A DNA stretch of 64,000 nucleotides from a virus, in IMG/VR virus record IMGVR_UViG_3300003873_000002, positions 64,001 to 128,000 of that record, one strand, 5' to 3'. This document shows, in pieces, positions 21,652 to 30,509 of the stretch. How positions within the stretch are numbered: the first letter of the stretch is position 1; each line of letters begins with the position of its first letter. Below the pieces are notes generated by a model. It made no database searches. It was not told where the DNA came from and worked only from the letters and a program-made list of their open reading frames with translations. Both the position numbers and the translations under genes were made by a program.

Positions 21652-22233
21652 TTATTGAAATCTACTTGCTGCTCCAAACAACTTTTTTTCAACATCTTTT
21701 CTTTGTTTTTCAAGAATATTTGACGCTTCTTTACTCTCCACCAAATATTTGTGGCCATACGGTGAATTATCACCATTATAATAGTCTGTTAACATCCCAT
21801 TACTTTTTCTTAGTGCAAACACACACCATGCAGTTGTATTGTCTTCCAATGCGGTAATTTTATGCTCTTTATCTGCTTTAATTGTTACATATGTAGGTGC
21901 TTTAAAAATTTTCGGTTCAAAACCATCAACTTCTACTTTTACTGAACCTGAAGTAATTAATGAAACATGGTCATGGATATGTTTATGCCCTTCATGTGCA
22001 ATTCCTTTATGGGGGTAACTTTGTTTTCTTACCCATACATTCCCAAAAAATCCTTCTTCTGATGTTTTCATTTCAAGATTATCGAAATAATTATTTGTCT
22101 TTTTAATAATTTCGTTTATATCCAATTTTCCATCAGTGTTTTTGGTTTCTATTAATATTTGCTCCATTTGCACTGCATTAATATCACCGTTTAATAATTT
22201 ATCAATTAATATTATTTTATCTTCGTCTTTCAT
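21652..22233 (-). CDS. Cupin-domain protein
   Basis: GHKHIHDHVSLITSGSV..FKAP..I.ADKEHKITALEDNT.AWC cupin motif. Confidence 0.75.
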   Translation of the reverse strand: MKDEDKIILIDKLLNGDINAVQMEQILIETKNTDGKLDINEIIKKTNNYFDNLEMKTSEEGFFGNVWVRKQSYPHKGIAHEGHKHIHDHVSLITSGSVKVEVDGFEPKIFKAPTYVTIKADKEHKITALEDNTTAWCVFALRKSNGMLTDYYNGDNSPYGHKYLVESKEASNILEKQRKDVEKKLFGAASRFQ

Positions 22234-22302
22234 TTTATGTCCATTTTCTTTTAATTTATTGTGTTTTATTGTGTTTTATTGTGTTTTATTATATTATTGT
22301 GA

Positions 22303-22947
22303 TTATATTTCTTTTAGCTGTCTAATCGCTTCATCAGCAACATCTTTAACTTTTTTTACATGGATAACATCATTAATATTTTCAATATCATCTATCGATT
22401 TCTTTGATGTTAACCTGATTTTTTCGATATACGCAAAAATTTCAATACTTTTGTTATGTTTATCTATAATTTTATTCGCGACGTCGATTAATACAGTATC
22501 AGTAAATTCAGCTTCTTGTGCAATCATTGGTATTAATTTAATATCTATATTATTGTCGCTGATATAATTAATAGACTCGTTATATTTTATATCATAAACC
22601 ATAACTTGCCCAGGATATGATGTAATGAATTCCGATCGAACTATTTCTGCTTCTTTATCAATTTTTTCTTTTTTTAGCTGTTTTGCATAACCAATTGATA
22701 TATTATTATTTCCGGTGGGTTTTTCAGCGGGATTTTCATTATTGGTATACACCACTTCGCCGTTTATATATTTGTAATCATTGAGTGGTTTATCCAATTT
22801 TTTTGGTATTTCGATTACTATTTCATCTTCTTCACCTTCTAGCCCAGTAATTGGGGTGACCTCAAAATCATCTGGGTTTTCTGTATCCCATTGGTGTAAT
22901 ACACGTTCTTTATTTATAAGTAATTTAATCATTAAATTATTTCCCAT
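22303..22947 (-). CDS. Putative tail fibre assembly chaperone
   Basis: IDKEAEIVRSEFIT..PGQ.MVY..KY.E, IEKIRL..K..I motif; follows fibre gene. Confidence 0.6.
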   Translation of the reverse strand: MGNNLMIKLLINKERVLHQWDTENPDDFEVTPITGLEGEEDEIVIEIPKKLDKPLNDYKYINGEVVYTNNENPAEKPTGNNNISIGYAKQLKKEKIDKEAEIVRSEFITSYPGQVMVYDIKYNESINYISDNNIDIKLIPMIAQEAEFTDTVLIDVANKIIDKHNKSIEIFAYIEKIRLTSKKSIDDIENINDVIHVKKVKDVADEAIRQLKEI

Positions 22948-24614
22948 GATGTTCCAGTACTTATTAACTGGGAAATTACTGCATATCCATTATTATTATA
23001 TTTATTATACATGGCTTGGCATCGAATACTTACTGTTTGTCCAGGAGCTACGTCGATTGATGCTGAAAGTGTTGAACTAGTAGTTGCACGATAATTTTGT
23101 TGTGCTGCAACGCTACCATTAAACAATATGCGAACACCCAATGTTACAGCATCTAAATTATAACTAAATGTCACTTTAAATGTCATTCTTACATTAAAGG
23201 ATGTATCATTTTTAAATGGTTGTGGGTATATGGTCCGACGCGGTTTCGGGGCTACATACGTCGATGTATACCATTTAGCATTATCACCAGTACCCGCGCC
23301 AGCGCCAGATGTATACACTTGGTTATCAGCCAGTTTAAATGGATCACGCCAATATCTACTCGGGAAAAAATCCCTATAAAAGTAACCACTGATACCACCA
23401 ACATTGGTCCCTGTCGAATTTATTACTGATAAAAACTGATCCATTGTAACATAATTAGCATTTGAAACTGCATCCACGCGCTGCGTTAATGATGATACAG
23501 TATTATTAGTTACAGTTTTAACATCATTGATTGTTGATGTTAATTCAGTTTTAGTTGTGCTAATGTCATTCGAAACTTGTGTAGAAAAACTAGCAAACTC
23601 TGCATCTACTTGTGCTTTGTAGTCAGCTAATTCCCTTTCAAGTTGCTCATTTAGTGTTTTTAAAGCTTTAGAACTAGATACAGTAGTAGTAGAGTCACTT
23701 GTAATTGAATTGGATATATCTTTAACTTTAACATAATCAGTGCCTTCCAATCCATCCAATAAATCTGCATCAAATTTTGAAGTATGGCCACCATTAGTTG
23801 TATTCAATGCATTATAAATTTCAATTGGACTACCTTTAGGTTGATTAAAAGATACAGAATTAATGTTATGATATCTACATCTAACTAGTGTAATAGTGTA
23901 TGTTGATGTCACATTGGCAGATCTATTTGCATATATTGTAACATTATCCCCATCTTCTACGAACACAAAGCCTCTGATAGATTTAGGTGCATTTAATCCG
24001 TAGCTTTCATTTATTGCAAAACCTGATACGTTGGTTTTTTTGGTTATATGCAATTTTATGAACGATTGCTGTTTTTTATTGGTGTTATTTCCCGCAGAGT
24101 TGGCAAAAACAAGAACAGCTGTGCTTCCTTTTTTGAATCTTGTTAGTTGACCTAAATTAATCCAATCTATTTTAGATCCAGATGGTGTTGTATTATATGT
24201 TCTTGATTGTTCAATGTCATCTAAAAATAATGTTGTAGTTCCATCCAGTGTTTTCTTGATAGATGCTATTTTTTTATCTTTGGATTGATTCGAGTGAAAA
24301 TTAAACTGACCTGTATATCCATCAAGACCTTCTTCAGTATCAAGATATGTTATCCCATCCCAATTAGAGTCCAGTATTTGGTCCCCCATAGGGATACTAT
24401 CATGCGAATCAACCATATCCTTTTCTAGAATTTGTAGGCGTATATCTGATACTTGGTCCAATGCATCCAATAAGTGGTGTAATTTTCTATCGTTTTCCAG
24501 CAGCTGTTGTGGTGCTTTATTAAGATTGCCACCGTTTAAATCAGTGAAATATGCGGTATCATTGCCCTCATAAAATCCAAATATGCTTTCATTCGGTAAT
24601 TTTTCTATGGTCAT
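22932..24614 (-). CDS. Tail fibre protein (FYEG-anchor family)
   Basis: 560 aa; LPNESIFGFYEG anchor; DADLLDG and ISNSITSDSTTTVSSSKALKTL fibre motifs. Confidence 0.7.
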   Translation of the reverse strand: MTIEKLPNESIFGFYEGNDTAYFTDLNGGNLNKAPQQLLENDRKLHHLLDALDQVSDIRLQILEKDMVDSHDSIPMGDQILDSNWDGITYLDTEEGLDGYTGQFNFHSNQSKDKKIASIKKTLDGTTTLFLDDIEQSRTYNTTPSGSKIDWINLGQLTRFKKGSTAVLVFANSAGNNTNKKQQSFIKLHITKKTNVSGFAINESYGLNAPKSIRGFVFVEDGDNVTIYANRSANVTSTYTITLVRCRYHNINSVSFNQPKGSPIEIYNALNTTNGGHTSKFDADLLDGLEGTDYVKVKDISNSITSDSTTTVSSSKALKTLNEQLERELADYKAQVDAEFASFSTQVSNDISTTKTELTSTINDVKTVTNNTVSSLTQRVDAVSNANYVTMDQFLSVINSTGTNVGGISGYFYRDFFPSRYWRDPFKLADNQVYTSGAGAGTGDNAKWYTSTYVAPKPRRTIYPQPFKNDTSFNVRMTFKVTFSYNLDAVTLGVRILFNGSVAAQQNYRATTSSTLSASIDVAPGQTVSIRCQAMYNKYNNNGYAVISQLISTGTSWEII

Positions 24615-24698
24615 TGAAATTCTCTTGTTTATTTATACAATTATTTAATTCATATTGATAGTTATCAATAGGATAATTTTCATGATATTTTATTATTT

Positions 24699-25184
24699 TT
24701 ACTGTTTTGATAGTATTTTGATAGTGTTTTCAAGCTCATTTATTCTACTTTCATGGTCTTTTATTGCTTCAATCAATAAACCAACCATATTTCCGTATGT
24801 CACTGATAAATAACCATCTCTTTCGATAACAGCTTCAGGTAACACTTCTTTGACTTCTTGTGCAATTACGCCTGTTTGTGTTTTTGTTTCGATATCATTT
24901 CTTTCAAATGTATACCCATTTAGTTGTTTTACTTTATTAACAGCATCTTCAATTTTTTTAATATCTGTTTTGAGGCGTTTATCAGAAAAAGTTGCGTTCA
25001 CTGACAATTTTGCGTTTATATCTTTGATATCATTTTCGACCGCTGTTGTTGCAGATTCTAGTTTTTTGATGTTTTCTTGTAATTGGTTTGGTGCTTTATT
25101 TAAATTTATACCTGTCAAATCTGTATATTTTGATTCATCAGTTCCTTCGTAAAAATTGAAAATTGTTTTATTTGGTATTTTCAT
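24699..25184 (-). CDS. FYEG anchor fused directly to a peptidase S74 intramolecular chaperone domain
   Basis: FSDKRLKTDI, GVIAQEV..VLPEAV, YGNMVGLLIEAIK S74 motifs. Confidence 0.85.
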   Translation of the reverse strand: MKIPNKTIFNFYEGTDESKYTDLTGINLNKAPNQLQENIKKLESATTAVENDIKDINAKLSVNATFSDKRLKTDIKKIEDAVNKVKQLNGYTFERNDIETKTQTGVIAQEVKEVLPEAVIERDGYLSVTYGNMVGLLIEAIKDHESRINELENTIKILSKQ

Positions 25185-25332
25185 GCCACATCCTTAAATT
25201 TATATTGTAAGTGTATATAATGCTCAGTACAGCATTTATTTTATTAACATATACATTTGTATTGTTTGTATTATTGATTGTTTAAATGCGATTAAATGCG
25301 ATTAAATATCATTTAATGTGGTTTAAAATAGG

Positions 25333-25821
25333 TTATACTATTTTAGTTAGTTGTATTTCTGTATAATTATCGTTTGTTACTTTAAAAATAATATTATTGT
25401 TATTGGTTGTTATTTGTGGATATTTGCCACTAATAACACTTTGTCCCTTAAAATTTCCATCAGTTACAGTTACACTAGTAGGTGTATTTATGCCATCAGA
25501 AACTGTTATACTATTTCCACTAAAAATAATTTTATTATCATATAAATCCACTACACCATTAAAATTGCATAACGAATCTACTACTATACTGTTTGTTATT
25601 TCATTGCCGCTCGCATCACTGTTTTTAAATATTAACGTACTGAGATTAGATTTAACACCAATTTCAACATTTTTGCTGTTAATTGTCTTTGAAACAACAG
25701 AATCACCAACCCATTTATATGATGCGAATATTACTACACCATTAAGTTTAACTTTGCATACATAATTATTATTGAATTTAACTAGCTTTAAATCTGTTTT
25801 ATTACCATTAAATGATATCAC
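25333..25821 (-). CDS. Hypothetical beta-rich virion protein
   Basis: 162 aa; start overlaps upstream stop. Confidence 0.5.
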   Translation of the reverse strand: MISFNGNKTDLKLVKFNNNYVCKVKLNGVVIFASYKWVGDSVVSKTINSKNVEIGVKSNLSTLIFKNSDASGNEITNSIVVDSLCNFNGVVDLYDNKIIFSGNSITVSDGINTPTSVTVTDGNFKGQSVISGKYPQITTNNNNIIFKVTNDNYTEIQLTKIV

Positions 25822-26969
25822 GCATCTGTCCCGTCGTTTGTAATGCTGAGTGTTCCAGTGGTGGCATCATATGATATTTTAATTAGGCCAGCCTTTTTAT
25901 TCGTAGCATTACCCAAATTACTCTTTTTTACATACAATAAGTCTGAATCTATTTTACTATAATAATTATACAAATCACTCGATGACACAAACATACCATT
26001 TAATTTTTGCTCTTCCAAAAAAATCTGGTTATTTACAAATGCCTGTGTTGCCATTTTACTAAAATCATATTGGCTTATATTGATTTCAATATCATGAATC
26101 CTATTCACATTACTAGCAGTATCAGTTGTTAATTGTGAAATATTTGATTCGTTAGTATCAAGTCTATTTGTATGGTCTGAGATATCGTTTTTGATATTAG
26201 AAATATCATCAGTGTTTGTTTTTATTTTTGTATTTAGTGACTCGTTTGACGTATTGATAGACGAATTCAATTCATTATTTATATCATTGATTTTTGAGGG
26301 TGCATCATAGTCCTCAATCGTTTTGATTCTAGTATTTAAACTAGGAATTTTGTCTGTTTCTATTTTAAGTTTATTTATGTTCGTTGCATTATTATTAATG
26401 TTATTCTTAATGGTGTTAATATCATTTTCGATTCCTGGTACTTTGTTTATTTTAGCTAAAGAATCATTATTAAAATCCGATTGCAAAGCAGTAATTTCAT
26501 TGTTTATGTTATTTAGTGAATCATTAACAGTTTTCTTGAAATCTGTATATTTGATTTTTAAATCAACAAGATTATCATTTATTTCGCCTACTATTTTTGT
26601 AGATGCACCTGTTACACTATCTCTAACACTATTTGCAACATTATCACTAATATGTGTTACAGTATCTGTAAAAACTGCATTGATTGGTACGGCTGTTTTA
26701 ACTTTATTTTTAAAAAGGTTATTGAATTTTGTATCTAATGCATTGATTTCATTATTAATTGTTTTAAGGTCTTCTGCAGATTTTGCGTCAGTGTAGTCTT
26801 TTTGCAACTTTTTAATTTCTAAAACGAATGCATTATATTCATCATAAAATGCATCAATATTTTCTTTGAGTTGGTCAGATGCTAGATTAAGATTATATCC
26901 AGTCAAATCAGAGAATTTCTTACTGTCAAGACCTTCATAAAATTGGAAAATTGTTTGATTTGGTAGCAT
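25818..26969 (-). CDS. Coiled-coil fibre protein (FYEG-anchor family)
   Basis: 383 aa; LPNQTIFQFYEG; VPINAVFTDT; YYSKIDSDLLY; ISYDATTGTLSIT. Confidence 0.65.
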   Translation of the reverse strand: MLPNQTIFQFYEGLDSKKFSDLTGYNLNLASDQLKENIDAFYDEYNAFVLEIKKLQKDYTDAKSAEDLKTINNEINALDTKFNNLFKNKVKTAVPINAVFTDTVTHISDNVANSVRDSVTGASTKIVGEINDNLVDLKIKYTDFKKTVNDSLNNINNEITALQSDFNNDSLAKINKVPGIENDINTIKNNINNNATNINKLKIETDKIPSLNTRIKTIEDYDAPSKINDINNELNSSINTSNESLNTKIKTNTDDISNIKNDISDHTNRLDTNESNISQLTTDTASNVNRIHDIEINISQYDFSKMATQAFVNNQIFLEEQKLNGMFVSSSDLYNYYSKIDSDLLYVKKSNLGNATNKKAGLIKISYDATTGTLSITNDGTDA

Positions 26970-27006
26970 GCGACCCTCTTATTTTATTATTAAGTGTTAA
27001 AAATTA

Positions 27007-27696
27007 TTAAAGCAATTCAGCTGTGGGTTTTTTAATATTTTTATATGTATTTTGAATTTCATCAATACGAGATAACTTACCATCAGACGAAATATTTCTT
27101 TCAATAGAGTACATACCTTCAGAAATATTTCCAGCATATTGTAAGCTTAATCCAAGGATTTCTTCCTGTGTTTTTGATGGTAATTGTGTAATTGCTTCAA
27201 GATTGCCTGATGTAATTTTGCCAGTAGAAACTAAATCAATAGATGCTTGTTTACCCAATCGATTAACCCAATATCTTTCTATTGCTTCATCACTACAAAA
27301 AGTATCTTCAATATCTGGATTGTTTTCTTTGATGTCATTGATAATACGACCAAAATTATTAATTTCCGCTTTTAGACGTCTATTTTTGGTTCGCATAGCG
27401 TCAATGATACTGTGGATTTCTTCGACGTCCATTTCTATTAACTGTTTTTTGAGAACATCCATTTCATTATCTCTTTCGCGCTCAGCAATTTTTAATTCAA
27501 TTATCTTTTTTTTAATTTTGTGTTCGTTATCATTGTAGTGTTCTAATCTAGTGTCATATTCCATTAAAGCTTGTTTAAAACGATATTCTTCAGTTTGTTG
27601 AGATCCAACAACAAACCATTTATCTGTAAATGCTGAATTGCTTGCAGCAGTTTCTAGTAATTGGTCAGTTGAATTTGATAAATTTAATTTTAACAT
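27007..27696 (-). CDS. Coiled-coil hypothetical protein
   Basis: 229 aa; FVVGSQ, YWVNRLGKQASIDL..TG.I..GN motifs; GAGAG RBS. Confidence 0.6.
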   Translation of the reverse strand: MLKLNLSNSTDQLLETAASNSAFTDKWFVVGSQQTEEYRFKQALMEYDTRLEHYNDNEHKIKKKIIELKIAERERDNEMDVLKKQLIEMDVEEIHSIIDAMRTKNRRLKAEINNFGRIINDIKENNPDIEDTFCSDEAIERYWVNRLGKQASIDLVSTGKITSGNLEAITQLPSKTQEEILGLSLQYAGNISEGMYSIERNISSDGKLSRIDEIQNTYKNIKKPTAELL

Positions 27697-27762
27697 TTTG
27701 GTATTGCTCTCTTTCTTATTATCTTATTTGTTCTTATCTGTTCTTATCTATTCTTATTTATT

Positions 27763-28287
27763 TTATTTCGGCTTTTTAAAAACTGGTAATTTTTCTTTAT
27801 ATTTATTTATATCCAAATCTTTAAGTTTATCGTTTTTGATTAGTTCTATCTGTTTTTCTGTATATGTCCATACATCTGCTTTCCATTTACCGAGTGCTTC
27901 CGCAATTTTTCTAAATTTATTCGGATAGCCCACATAATCACCTATAGATCTAAAATTATATTTAACACTTATAACATCATAAATATACTGTTCTGTGATT
28001 GTGTTTAATGTGTTTATTGTGTTTATTGTGTTTATTGTGTTTAATGTGTTTAATGTATCTGTTTTATCATTGTGGATTTTTGACACGATAACTAATTCGT
28101 TATTTTTTATCGTGATTTCTTTATCATCACTTATATTAACCGCATTAATAAATGTTTCACGATCAACATTTATTAAATCTGATGGCAGATTTTTGTATTT
28201 AGTTAATTTATTTTTTGGGTAAAACAGTTTTTTTGATGGTGAATATTTCATATTAGTAACCCACTGCACTCCATGTAATTGTTGCAT
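27763..28287 (-). CDS. Tail fibre assembly protein
   Basis: MKYSPSKKLFY and F...AEALGKWKADVWTY motifs; true start probably ATG 28251; in-frame TLN/TIN 9-nt repeats. Confidence 0.6.
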   Translation of the reverse strand: MQQLHGVQWVTNMKYSPSKKLFYPKNKLTKYKNLPSDLINVDRETFINAVNISDDKEITIKNNELVIVSKIHNDKTDTLNTLNTINTINTINTLNTITEQYIYDVISVKYNFRSIGDYVGYPNKFRKIAEALGKWKADVWTYTEKQIELIKNDKLKDLDINKYKEKLPVFKKPK

Positions 28288-30025
28288 CTAATAAATTTGA
28301 TTTAACAGTAAACCCTTCGCCAGTTTTTTCTATTAAAAAAATACTACCTGTTAGGTGTTCACCCATCACAGTTAGTGTAATATTTTTACAACTGTGTGGG
28401 AAAACGATTGGGTAATTGATTATTTTTGTTGCACCACTTTGTATATTAAATGTGCCCCATTGATATATAGTATCAACTACTTCAAAATATCCATTTAATG
28501 CGTTATATGTCGTTATAAGACCATTAATATCATCAGTATTTTTAAGTACCTTTTCGTTTACTACACGAAGTATATTAGCAGATGCAGCAGACGTAGTTGA
28601 TGTTGAATCAACTACATCAATTACTTTAGTGTGTTTAAGTGCTTCTACCATTGCATCATCAGCAGATTTTTGTGCATTATCTGTAAGATTTTTTAAATCG
28701 TGTGCGCCTTTAAGTGAAAATGCTGTTCCCGAATCATTTCTATCCAATGCATCACTAATTGGTAAATGTGTATCAGTAAAAACTGCGTTCTTGGGTACAT
28801 CAGTAAGAACTCTACTATTATCGACTTTAGAATTAAGCATTGATTGTAAGTTATCAATATTACCAATTAGATGGCGGTGGCTGTTATCTTTAACAGAAAT
28901 ATAACCTTTGTTATCGATATCCACATCCAACCCAGATTTTACACCGCCTATGTAATCTGTAGTTGCTACAGGTAAAGTATAAATAGTATCAGTAAACTTC
29001 GCATTTAACGGTACATCAGTAAGAACTCTACTGTTATCGACTTTAGATGCTAAAGCATCTGATAGTGATTCAATTTTATTAAGTGGTATTTTTTTAGCTA
29101 GCTGAATACCACCATCTGCATCTATATTAAATTGCGAACTATTTTTAACACCACCCAAAATATTTCCCGCAACTGGTAATGTATAAACAGTATCAGTAAA
29201 TACAGCATCGACGGGGACATCGGTGTAAACAGTGCATCCATTTACGGTTGAAGAATTTAAACCACTATCATTTGTATCGACAGTCTTGAGTTTAAATAAA
29301 ATATCAGACGCATTATAATCTAATACATTAACTTTTTTATTTAGTGCATCACTAAGTCCGTCTATTGTATTAAATGTATGTCTATGACTATCATTATCAA
29401 TTGTAGTGGTGCCATCTAATGCAACACTTAATCCATTTCCAGTTTTAACTCCACCTAATTTATCACTTGCTGGTGGGAGCACATAAATGGTATCAGTAAA
29501 GACTGCATTGATGGGTACATCAGTAAGAACCCTGTTATTATTGACTTTATTATCTAACGCATTTTGTAAACCAGCTATTGATGATATAGTTAGTGAGTTT
29601 AACATTTCACGGTTCATTTTGATAAAATCAACAATTTCTTGAAGATCATTTAAATTAATATCATTTGAACCAATTAAAAGTTCAATTACATGAATTCTGT
29701 TTTTTAAATTATCGTAAAATGATACCAAATTATTTTCAATAATGTTCTGATATGAATTACTTAAAGAACTTATTGTTTCGTTTAAAAGCTTAATTTCATT
29801 ATTTATAATTTCTATGGACTTGGAATTCGATGCTGTTAAATCGCGCTCACTACTAATTAAACTAATTCGCTGCGACACACTATCAACAATATTGCATAAT
29901 TTGTTAATTGAATCTCGCAATAATATATCGTTGTCAATTACAGTAGCTGATAATTTATTAAGTTCATCTCCTATAACTGGGTGATATTTATCTAGATATG
30001 TTTTAGAAACGCTTGAAAGATTCAT
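28253..30025 (-). CDS. Tail fibre protein with internal repeats and gp53-like C-terminal tip
   Basis: 590 aa; four TDVP..A.FTDT repeats, H.H motifs, LGGVK; C-terminal IYQWG..YPIVFPHSC..W.AVGY. Confidence 0.75.
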   Translation of the reverse strand: MNLSSVSKTYLDKYHPVIGDELNKLSATVIDNDILLRDSINKLCNIVDSVSQRISLISSERDLTASNSKSIEIINNEIKLLNETISSLSNSYQNIIENNLVSFYDNLKNRIHVIELLIGSNDINLNDLQEIVDFIKMNREMLNSLTISSIAGLQNALDNKVNNNRVLTDVPINAVFTDTIYVLPPASDKLGGVKTGNGLSVALDGTTTIDNDSHRHTFNTIDGLSDALNKKVNVLDYNASDILFKLKTVDTNDSGLNSSTVNGCTVYTDVPVDAVFTDTVYTLPVAGNILGGVKNSSQFNIDADGGIQLAKKIPLNKIESLSDALASKVDNSRVLTDVPLNAKFTDTIYTLPVATTDYIGGVKSGLDVDIDNKGYISVKDNSHRHLIGNIDNLQSMLNSKVDNSRVLTDVPKNAVFTDTHLPISDALDRNDSGTAFSLKGAHDLKNLTDNAQKSADDAMVEALKHTKVIDVVDSTSTTSAASANILRVVNEKVLKNTDDINGLITTYNALNGYFEVVDTIYQWGTFNIQSGATKIINYPIVFPHSCKNITLTVMGEHLTGSIFLIEKTGEGFTVKSNLLDATITWSAVGY

Positions 30026-30474
30026 AATTTCTTCTCTATATTTGCAATTTTAGTATTGACTTCATCTATTTTGCTTATATTATCTTTAATTAATATATCC
30101 ATATTAATATATTTTTTATTCAAATCATCCACTAAAACATTTATTGCACTGACTTTAATATTGATATCATCAATCTGTGCATTATCTTTACTGACTATGC
30201 TGGATACCTTTGTATCGACATAGTTTCTTAATGTCACATCAGTATTTTCTGATATTTCTTTTGCAATTGAGATGCGCTTATTTAAATCTTCATCACGTGT
30301 AATTGAATTATTTTCGTGTGTATATATTAAATCATAAACAGCTGCGTTCAATGCAACGATATTTTCTTGTAACTGTCTAGATGCAGTATTTAGCGTAGAT
30401 CCAGTGAGTGGGGTAAATTTTTCAACTTCATCACCCTCATAGAATTCAAATATTTGTTGATATGGTAGATTCAT
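30022..30474 (-). CDS. Short FYEG-anchor + coiled-coil protein
   Basis: 150 aa; LPYQQIFEFYEG..LNTASRQLQENI. Confidence 0.65.
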   Translation of the reverse strand: MNLPYQQIFEFYEGDEVEKFTPLTGSTLNTASRQLQENIVALNAAVYDLIYTHENNSITRDEDLNKRISIAKEISENTDVTLRNYVDTKVSSIVSKDNAQIDDINIKVSAINVLVDDLNKKYINMDILIKDNISKIDEVNTKIANIEKKL

Positions 30475-30509
30475 TTATTAATTCCTTTGTAGATATTTAA
30501 TCCATAATC

